Shown here piece by piece: positions 25,513-32,000 of a DNA stretch of 32,000 nt. Both the position numbers and the translations under genes were made by a program. This stretch comes from Clostridium tepidiprofundi DSM 19306 (lineage in GTDB: Bacteria > Bacillota > Clostridia > Clostridiales > Clostridiaceae): assembly GCF_001594005.1 (NCBI RefSeq), contig NZ_LTBA01000003.1, forward strand, positions 57,537 to 89,536, given 5' to 3'. Position 1 is the first letter of the stretch. Every line of letters starts with the position of its first letter. A model generated the notes under the pieces. It did not search any database. It was not told where the DNA came from and saw nothing but the letters and a program-made list of their open reading frames with translations.

Positions 25513-25707
25513 CTAATACGACTGTGGTTTAAAATTTCTTAATCTAAGAGCATTTGAAACTACTGAAACCGAGCTCAAACTCATTGCCGCTGCCGCAATC
25601 ATAGGATTTAGTAATGGTCCTCCAAATATATGCAATACTCCCATAGCTATTGGAATTCCCAAAATATTATAACCAAATGCCCAGAAAAGAAATACTTTTG
25701 AAATCAT
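25513..25707 (-). pseudogene. copA: remnant of copper-translocating P-type ATPase copA (last about 60 codons only)
   Basis: [56 protein letters not shown] is the final two-TM segment of CopA-type P1B ATPases. The ORF starts 9 nt after the csoR stop. The other roughly 700 codons are absent. Confidence 0.7.
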
Positions 25708-25716
25708 TACTTACAC

Positions 25717-25983
25717 CTACTTTCCTATAAGTTTTGTTAGTACTTTCATAATTTCATCAATCTTTTCTTCACCCTCATCATTTAAAAATGCCTCTCTAAC
25801 ACAATGGTTCAAATGCTGTTTTAAAATCAACATATTTGCTTTTTTTAGTAAAGATTGTGCTGCAATTATTTGATTCGAGATATCAATACAATATCTTCCA
25901 TCATCAATCATTTTTATTATTCCTTCAATTTGACCTTTTGAAGTCTTTAATGCTTGAACTGCTTGCTTTTTCTCTTCATTCAT
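25717..25983 (-). CDS. csoR: CsoR-family metal-sensing transcriptional repressor
   Basis: 88 aa. LKTSKGQIEGIIKMIDDGRYCIDISNQIIAAQSLLKKANMLILKQHLNHCV carries the C-H-C ligand pattern of CsoR/RcnR (DUF156). Confidence 0.85.
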   Translation of the reverse strand: MNEEKKQAVQALKTSKGQIEGIIKMIDDGRYCIDISNQIIAAQSLLKKANMLILKQHLNHCVREAFLNDEGEEKIDEIMKVLTKLIGK

Positions 25984-26000
25984 TTTATATTACCTCCCCT

Positions 26001-26018
26001 CCCCCGTATAGGGGGTAT
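26001..26018. promoter_or_regulatory. candidate CsoR operator
   Basis: CCCCCGTATAGGGGGTAT, a G/C-tract pseudo-palindrome (TACCCCC-N4-GGGGG on the minus strand). It lies between the candidate promoter and the csoR RBS, as in known CsoR boxes. Confidence 0.55.
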
Positions 26019-26024
26019 ATTTCA

Positions 26025-26053
26025 ATTAAAACACATAAGTACATTCTTGTCAA
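26025..26053 (-). promoter_or_regulatory. candidate csoR promoter
   Basis: On the minus strand: TTGACA (26048-26053), 17-nt spacer, TTTAAT (26025-26030). Confidence 0.45.
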
Positions 26054-26183
26054 TTCTAAATCTATACATTATTTTTTCTTTTAATGAATTTATTATTCGT
26101 GCTATCAGTACTCATGATTGTGATTATCAGACTTTTAGTATATAATTATAGAGACAAATCTTATTATAAAAAGAGGTGATTAT

Positions 26184-27674
26184 ATGAAAAAATTAATAGG
26201 AATTTTATTGTTAGCTATAATAAGTTTTTTTATTGGCATCATTATAAACTATTTTAAAATTAGCAACTATGTTTCCTTTGCTGCTATTATTCTTATCAAT
26301 ACTTTTGGAATAATATTAATTTATTATATTGAAAATAAAAAAAGAGTCAGTTCACTAGATAATTCAGATAAACCATTACTTGTTACAAATGAATGTTCTG
26401 ATAATAGTATAGCTAATGTAGCTTTATCATTAGCAGATAGTAGTAAAAACATGTATTTAACTACAAATGACCTGAGTAAACTCTCTGACAAAATTTATAA
26501 TGCTTCTAAAGAAGTTTTAAACCGTATTGAAATTGATAATTCTAATATTACATCTATTGATAAAGAAATTCATAAAATTTCTGTAGAAATTAATGAAATA
26601 AATAATGTTATAAAATTCACTCAAGAATTTTCTAAAGATAATATTCAAACTGTAAAGAAAGAAGAAATTGTATTAAACGACGTGCGTAAAAACATGCAGG
26701 AACTTGTTAATTTTTTTAAAAATTTCTTATATGTCACAGAAAACTTGCAAACCTCTTCGCAAGAAATACATAATATAATCTCATACATTGAAAATATCGC
26801 CAATAAAACAAACTTACTTTCTCTTAATGCTAGTATTGAAGCGGCTAGAGCAGGTGAACACGGAAAAGGTTTTGCAGTAGTAGCCACTGAAATAAAAAAA
26901 TTAGCAGATCAATCAAAACAGTTCAGTTCGAATATTAATGTTAAACTGCAAAATATCGAAGAAAATATAGATAGGCTAAACAGCATTTCTCATTTAACAG
27001 AATCAAAAATAAATATAACAAATGATGCACTAAACAATGTCAACAACACTTTAATAAACATAGCTAATTCTTCACATATACTTGATAACAAGATAAAAAA
27101 TATTATTCAAAAATATTCTACAATAATCGAATCTATTGAAAATGTTATCAATAATAATGAATTTCTTATGGAGTCTAATGGAGAAACTGTCAATTTAATG
27201 CAAGAATTTGCAGCTGATATTGATGTTCAATGGAATATATTAAATAGTTTTAAAAACATAACTGAAAATATATCAAATGTGTCTAACCAATTTTTAGACT
27301 ACTATTTAGATGAAGAAATCAATAAAAAATTAATGGATATTGCTCTTCAAATAATAAACAGCAATCCTGACATGAGTAAAACAGGTTTAAAAACTTTATG
27401 CAATCAGTTAGGAATAGATGGTTTGTACTATGCTAACAATGATGGAATATTTGAATATTGTACAGTAAAAGAAGCTTGTGGTCTTAATATTTTTCAATTA
27501 GATAAAAGATATAAAGAATTTATGAGAAGTGAAAAAAATGTTAGAATTTACCCTCTAACAAGAAAAATTGATACTGGTGAATTAAGTGTTTTTATGGCTA
27601 TTAGAAGGCCTAATAACAAAGGAGTTATTTCGGCTGAAATATCAATTAACAATCTATTGAATTTAGCCGCCTAA
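26184..27674 (+). CDS. methyl-accepting chemotaxis protein with an unassigned C-terminal domain
   Basis: Two N-terminal TM helices with almost no external loop. The MCP hairpin-tip consensus is [34 protein letters not shown]. About 125 extra residues follow the signalling domain. RBS AAGAGGTGA lies upstream. Confidence 0.8.
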   Translation: MKKLIGILLLAIISFFIGIIINYFKISNYVSFAAIILINTFGIILIYYIENKKRVSSLDNSDKPLLVTNECSDNSIANVALSLADSSKNMYLTTNDLSKLSDKIYNASKEVLNRIEIDNSNITSIDKEIHKISVEINEINNVIKFTQEFSKDNIQTVKKEEIVLNDVRKNMQELVNFFKNFLYVTENLQTSSQEIHNIISYIENIANKTNLLSLNASIEAARAGEHGKGFAVVATEIKKLADQSKQFSSNINVKLQNIEENIDRLNSISHLTESKINITNDALNNVNNTLINIANSSHILDNKIKNIIQKYSTIIESIENVINNNEFLMESNGETVNLMQEFAADIDVQWNILNSFKNITENISNVSNQFLDYYLDEEINKKLMDIALQIINSNPDMSKTGLKTLCNQLGIDGLYYANNDGIFEYCTVKEACGLNIFQLDKRYKEFMRSEKNVRIYPLTRKIDTGELSVFMAIRRPNNKGVISAEISINNLLNLAA

Positions 27675-27696
27675 CATTTCAAATACACATTATAAT

Positions 27697-27730
27697 AAGG
27701 GATTAAATTACGTAAATAATTTAATCCCTT
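27697..27730. terminator. bidirectional terminator between the MCP and amidohydrolase genes
   Basis: AAGGGATTAAATT / AATTTAATCCCTT 13-bp stem followed by ATTTGTTTG on the plus strand. Confidence 0.8.
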
Positions 27731-27752
27731 ATTTGTTTGTTAATTTTTCACT

Positions 27753-28913
27753 TTACTTTCTTTTCACAACTTTACCATCAACAATAACAATATCAACTGT
27801 GCTTCTTAAATCAAATGGATGTCCACTATAAACAACAATATCAGCGTCTTTCCCTACTTCAATACTTCCAACTTTATCCTGTATACCTAGTATTTCAGCT
27901 GCATTTATTGTCACAGCTTTTAATGCCTCTTCTTCATCCATTCCTTCTCTAGCTGCCAATGCTGCACATACTGGTAAATATTGAAGTGGAATAACTGGAT
28001 GATCAGTCATTATAGCTACTTTGATACCAGCCTTTGAAAGAATTCCAGGAGTTTTAAAAGTAAGGTTTTGAAGTTCTACTTTAGATCTGCTTGAAATTGA
28101 AGGGCCCAATATTACACCTTTTTGATATCCTTCTTTTAAATAGTCGACAATCAAATGCCCCTCCGTGCAGTGATCTAAAGTAATATCCACATCAAATTCT
28201 TTTGCTACTCTAAGCGCAGTTAATATATCATCAGCTCTATGTGCATGTGCTTTTAAAGGTATTTCCTTCCTAATAACCTTAGCTAGTTCTTCCATTTTCA
28301 TATCATATTCTGGCATTTTTGAAGAGTCATCATTAGCTTTTTCCTTCTTATCCACATATCTCTGAGCCTTAATCAAACTTTCTCTTAAAATTGCTGCAAT
28401 TCCCATCCTTGTAATTGGTGATTTTTTTAGCTCACTATAACATCTTTTTGGATTTTCACCAAATGCAATTTTCATAGCGGAGCATTGATTAATAATCATA
28501 TCATCCACTCTATTCCCATATGTTTTCATTATAGTAAATTGACCACCTATTACATTTGCACTACCAGGCCCAGTAGAAACCGTCGTAACCCCTGACTCTA
28601 AAGCTTCTTTAAAGCCTATATCCATTGGATTTACAGCATCAATCGCTCTTAGTTGAGGAGTTACAGGATCTGCTATTTCATTCCCGTCTACTCCAGGCTT
28701 ACCCGTTCCACTTTCAAACATTCCAATATGACAATGTGCGTCGATTAATCCCGGCATTACAAATTTGCCTCCTACATCGATTACTTCTGCATCATCTGTA
28801 ATATTGATATTTTCCCCTATTTCCTTTATTTTACCTTTGTCTATCAATATCATCCCATTTTTGTAATCAGTACCCGCCATAGTATGTATATTTGCATTCT
28901 TTATTAAAATCAT
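27753..28913 (-). CDS. metal-dependent amidohydrolase family protein
   Basis: PGLIDAHCHIG (HxH metal site), later H and D ligands (LDHCTEGH, GKDADIV). 386 aa. RBS AAGGGGGAT. Substrate unknown. Confidence 0.85.
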   Translation of the reverse strand: MILIKNANIHTMAGTDYKNGMILIDKGKIKEIGENINITDDAEVIDVGGKFVMPGLIDAHCHIGMFESGTGKPGVDGNEIADPVTPQLRAIDAVNPMDIGFKEALESGVTTVSTGPGSANVIGGQFTIMKTYGNRVDDMIINQCSAMKIAFGENPKRCYSELKKSPITRMGIAAILRESLIKAQRYVDKKEKANDDSSKMPEYDMKMEELAKVIRKEIPLKAHAHRADDILTALRVAKEFDVDITLDHCTEGHLIVDYLKEGYQKGVILGPSISSRSKVELQNLTFKTPGILSKAGIKVAIMTDHPVIPLQYLPVCAALAAREGMDEEEALKAVTINAAEILGIQDKVGSIEVGKDADIVVYSGHPFDLRSTVDIVIVDGKVVKRK

Positions 28914-28937
28914 ATAATAATCCCCCTTCTGACTTTT

Positions 28938-29064
28938 TTAGAGAATAGTGAATGGTGAATAGTAAAGGTTGAAATTGCTATGCAATTTCTTCAATAAAGA
29001 AGATTGCCAGTTACAAGTCGGCTAGTGGCTAGTTAATGTTGAAATCGTTGTACGATTTCTTGAA
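28938..29064. repeat. repeat module C plus twin paralogous hairpins
   Basis: TTAGAGAATAGTGAAT...GAATAGTAAAGGTTG also occurs at 22602-22631. Hairpins 28967-28994 and 29037-29064 share the flanks GTTGAAAT...ATTTCTT-AA but have different, still complementary, stem cores. Confidence 0.7.
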
Positions 29065-29102
29065 TGCAATATAAAAACATTTGGTTATTATAAGTATATA
29101 GT

Positions 29103-29455
29103 AATCAAGTTATAAATCTGCACTAGCAGTCTAGCCATCTAGCAAACTTGCTTTATCCTAGCACACTTATTTTTATCTCCTAGCACCTAGTACCTAATAA
29201 GATACTGGTTGTCAAGTCACAAATTTCTGCTGGAAACTAGCGATTAGCGACTGGAGATTAAACAGAAGTTACCAATAGCCAATCTCCAATCACCAATCAC
29301 CAATCACCAAAGCATATTGTTACTTTGATGAAAACTAATACCTAGAACTTTGTTCTTAAATAGATACTAGTTTTCAAGTTACAAATTTGCACTAGCTCTC
29401 TAGCCACCTGGCAACCTAGCACACTTATTTTTATCTCCTAGCACCTAGTACCTAA
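29103..29455. repeat. composite intergenic repeat, family B, locus B2
   Basis: Direct repeats of about 90 nt (29103-29197 and 29364-29455) include a perfect 41-nt copy (29157-29197 = 29415-29455). They flank a 25-bp stem (29235-29259/29281-29305) and a CACCAAT x3 heptad run. Homologous to 4336-4586. Confidence 0.85.
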
Positions 29456-29503
29456 CTCCTAGTTCCTTCTTTTCCACTACTACCTAATTCCTAGTACACT
29501 TAC

Positions 29504-30448
29504 TTAGGAAAGTCTACTCTCATCTTCAAAATATACCATTAATTCTTTTATATTATTAGCCCTCATATCTTGTTTCAACATAGGTATCTTTATTATTTTT
29601 TTGCCTTTAAATGTTTCATAAATTTCATCTATGTACTTCTTTTCTAGTTCTTTTTTATTAATCCAAAATTCATCTTTAATATCATCTGGCAAAATTCTAT
29701 TTACTATTAGGCTATCTACTTTTATTTTATATTTATCAAGTATATTAACTGCCTTTTTTGTTTCTTCTATGGGAAGCTTTTCTGCATTCAAGACAAAAAC
29801 AAAACTAAGTTTATCGTTATCAGTGATAATAGCTCTTGCTTTTTGCATATTATCATATCTCTTTTTAAGTATCTTTATAACAGCATCATTTTCTATTTCG
29901 TCTTTATTTTTTTTGCCTGCATTTTGTGCCATTTGCATTAACTCTAATGCTTTTTTTCTTTTTAAAATAAGTGAATTGAGCCATGCTCCCAATAGCTCTG
30001 GTAAAGACATCAATCTAACAGTATGCCCAGTTGGTGCAGTATCAAAAATGATTTTATCGTACTCTTCACTTTTATCTATTATTATTTCAATCATTTTATC
30101 AAAAAGTGCAGCTTCTTCTGTGCCAGGAGAAATCGCAGCAGCATCAATTTGCTTTTTGATTTCCTTGACTATAACGGGACTTACTACATTTTTTAAATTT
30201 GCCTTAACTCTGTTCATGTAATTTTTACATTCTATTTCAGAACTTATCTCCAATGCATCTAAATTCTCTCTTATATTTACTATTTTATACCCTATTTTTG
30301 TTTCAAAAATATCCGAAATCGAGTGTGCTGGATCCGTTGATACCAAAAGTGTTTTCATACCTTTATTGGCACAGCTCAAAGCAAATGAAGAAGAACATGT
30401 TGTTTTACCAACTCCACCTTTTCCTCCAAAAAATACTATTTTGTTCAT
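29504..30448 (-). CDS. ArsA/Get3-family P-loop ATPase (single domain)
   Basis: FFGGKGGVGKTTCSSSFAL deviant Walker A, STDPAHS switch motif, DTAPTGHT. 314 aa, which is one ATPase half rather than the duplicated ArsA. RBS AGGGGTG. Confidence 0.85.
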   Translation of the reverse strand: MNKIVFFGGKGGVGKTTCSSSFALSCANKGMKTLLVSTDPAHSISDIFETKIGYKIVNIRENLDALEISSEIECKNYMNRVKANLKNVVSPVIVKEIKKQIDAAAISPGTEEAALFDKMIEIIIDKSEEYDKIIFDTAPTGHTVRLMSLPELLGAWLNSLILKRKKALELMQMAQNAGKKNKDEIENDAVIKILKKRYDNMQKARAIITDNDKLSFVFVLNAEKLPIEETKKAVNILDKYKIKVDSLIVNRILPDDIKDEFWINKKELEKKYIDEIYETFKGKKIIKIPMLKQDMRANNIKELMVYFEDESRLS

Positions 30449-30474
30449 AAATTCACCCCTAATTGAAAATTATT

Positions 30475-30765
30475 TTATGCATCCAAATCCCAATCGCCCC
30501 ATTTTTCACCCCATATTGATTTTCTATCTAACATTCTTCTCTGCCAATATTCCAAATCATCAGCTATATATGGCAAAATTTCCAAGGCATAATACGATGT
30601 GGGGAGTGGAAGTCCTAGCATATCTGCAAAACATAGGAGTATAAAGTTATCCATTTGATCATGTGCTTCTTTTTCAAGAATTGCTCTTGACTTTCTATTA
30701 AAATCAGAAGCTCCCTCAAAAAACAACTTCAAATTTTCTAAAAATTCCTTTAATTTATCATTCAA
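30475..30765 (-). CDS. small hypothetical protein (96 aa) with W/D-rich C-terminus
   Basis: TTG start 7 nt after AAAGGGGA. Helical, ends in WGEKWGDWDLDA. Lies 26 nt upstream of the ArsA-like gene. No family recognised. Confidence 0.5.
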   Translation of the reverse strand: MNDKLKEFLENLKLFFEGASDFNRKSRAILEKEAHDQMDNFILLCFADMLGLPLPTSYYALEILPYIADDLEYWQRRMLDRKSIWGEKWGDWDLDA

Positions 30766-30792
30766 TATTTAATCCCCTTTCTAACACATGCT

Positions 30793-30825
30793 AATAATTC
30801 CCCACTTAATACGTGGGGAATTATT
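30793..30825 (-). other. 12-bp hairpin between cstA and the small ORF
   Basis: AATAATTCCCCA / TGGGGAATTATT perfect stem with a 9-nt loop and no clear U-tract. Could be a weak terminator, attenuator or processing site. Confidence 0.5.
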
Positions 30826-30866
30826 AATCCTTATTCAATGCTCGCCATAAACTCACCAAGTTTATT

Positions 30867-32000
30867 TTAAGCTTTAAAATTCTTATCCTCAGATACTTTG
30901 TTGTCACTTAATGCTTTAACTCCTGTTATCATTAATATAATTGCTAATACAAATAATACAACAGCAATAAGTATTATAGGCCAATTCTTACCAAAGTTAC
31001 TCATCTTTCCAATTATCAACAATACCAATGCGAATAATGTTACTAAGAACATAAATACTGTTGGAATTGAAGCCATTCTGTATTCTTTTCCTTGTCTTTT
31101 CAAGAATACTGCAAGCGATAGCAATGCAAGTGCTGCTAACAACTGATTTGCTGAACCAAATACTGGCCATATTGTTCTCCAACCCTTGAAAGTTAACAAT
31201 CCACCTAATACAACAGTTATGATAGTTGCAACATATTTGTTTGTCAATGGGTTAGAAGATACTTCATCTGCTGATTTTCTCTTATCAAACATTTCTTGGA
31301 ATATAAATCTTCCAAGCCTCGTAGCCGTGTCTAATGAAGTTAAAGCAAATGCAGAAATAGCAAGTGCTACGAAACTCTTACCAGTTGCAAAAGGAAGTCC
31401 AAAACCTGTCATAAATTCTCCCAAACCATTTGAGAAAACATTAGTAGCACTACCCTTTAACAATTCAGCTAATTTATCCTGTCCAATGTATGCAGCCGTA
31501 ATAATTGCTAATGTAGCAAGTACACCTTCTATAAGCATTGAACCATATCCAATAACCTTTACATCCTTTTCATTATCAAGCTGTTTTGATGTTGTACCTG
31601 AACCAACAAGTGAATGGAAACCAGAAATAGCACCACAAGCTACGGTTACAAATAATATTGGGAATAATAATTTGTAATTTCCAAGGTTAAATGATGTAAC
31701 TGCTGGTAATTGGATTTTTGGATGTTTTATTAATACACCTAGCACACCACCAAGTAACATTGCATATAGTAAGAATGAATTCAAATAATCTCTTGGTTGA
31801 AGCAATATCCAAACTGGCGTTACTGATGCAACAGCAATATACGCCAATAATATGACAACCCAAGTATTATAAGACAAATGTAATGGGAACTCTAAACCTA
31901 ACCAAATACAGAAGAACAACAATGCTACACCAATTACTGAACTAATTCCTAATCCAGCACCCCTTCTGTATACTAAGAACCCAAAAATAATTGCCAATAA
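30867..32000 (-). CDS. cstA: carbon starvation protein CstA (pyruvate/peptide transporter family), C-terminal part; gene continues beyond the window
   Basis: A long hydrophobic ORF open to the window edge. Segments such as GAISGFHSLVGSGTTSKQL and LTSLDTATRLGRFI are CstA signatures. Confidence 0.85.
   Translation of the reverse strand, partial: LLAIIFGFLVYRRGAGLGISSVIGVALLFFCIWLGLEFPLHLSYNTWVVILLAYIAVASVTPVWILLQPRDYLNSFLLYAMLLGGVLGVLIKHPKIQLPAVTSFNLGNYKLLFPILFVTVACGAISGFHSLVGSGTTSKQLDNEKDVKVIGYGSMLIEGVLATLAIITAAYIGQDKLAELLKGSATNVFSNGLGEFMTGFGLPFATGKSFVALAISAFALTSLDTATRLGRFIFQEMFDKRKSADEVSSNPLTNKYVATIITVVLGGLLTFKGWRTIWPVFGSANQLLAALALLSLAVFLKRQGKEYRMASIPTVFMFLVTLFALVLLIIGKMSNFGKNWPIILIAVVLFVLAIILMITGVKALSDNKVSEDKNFKA

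Noticed and set aside
25836-26145. Two plus-strand track ORFs (25836-26084 and 25954-26145) across csoR and its upstream region.
   Set aside because: They are antisense to csoR and to its promoter and operator. There are no translation signals, and the products are low-complexity.
28967-29064. Two repeats of about 28 nt (GTTGAAAT...ATTTCTT.AA) with starts about 70 nt apart (spacer about 42 nt), superficially CRISPR-like.
   Set aside because: There are only two copies. The repeats are not identical, since the inner stems differ. No cas genes or leader are present. They are better explained as paralogous hairpin modules of the intergenic repeat system.

Overview
This is a strongly A+T-rich segment from a low-GC Firmicute, probably Clostridium-like (spmAB, T-box leader, B12 riboswitch, GGAGG-type ribosome-binding sites (RBS)). 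It holds about 30 genes, mostly on the minus strand. In order: a MoxR/DUF58/DUF4129-membrane operon, a small export protein, a tail-less SSB paralog, an NAD(P)/FAD oxidoreductase, yihY-wecB, a cobalamin riboswitch ahead of a YitT-family gene, T-box-controlled metG, a family-4 UDG, spmA-spmB, an orphan cytoplasmic PAS histidine kinase, a yjjI-yjjW glycyl-radical pair divergent from a DAACS symporter, BirA-operator-controlled bioY, a DUF4160/DUF2442 pair, an APA-family antiporter, csoR with only a remnant of copA, a methyl-accepting chemotaxis protein (MCP), an amidohydrolase, an ArsA/Get3-like ATPase with a small ORF, and partial cstA. I saw no rRNA, tRNA, CRISPR array, transposase or recognisable defence gene. 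The unusual content is mostly non-coding. (1) A G+C-rich, multi-helix element of about 290 nt abuts the DUF2442 stop codon, and I cannot assign it to any RNA family. (2) At least three families of modular intergenic repeats fill seven intergenic regions. These include MITE-like long palindromes and a composite repeat whose central 25-bp helix has only C-A mismatches, which read as G-U on the minus strand. (3) A B12 riboswitch has an atypical downstream gene. (4) A csoR operon keeps its promoter and operator but has lost its copper pump. All family names come from motif recognition by eye, and no searches were run.
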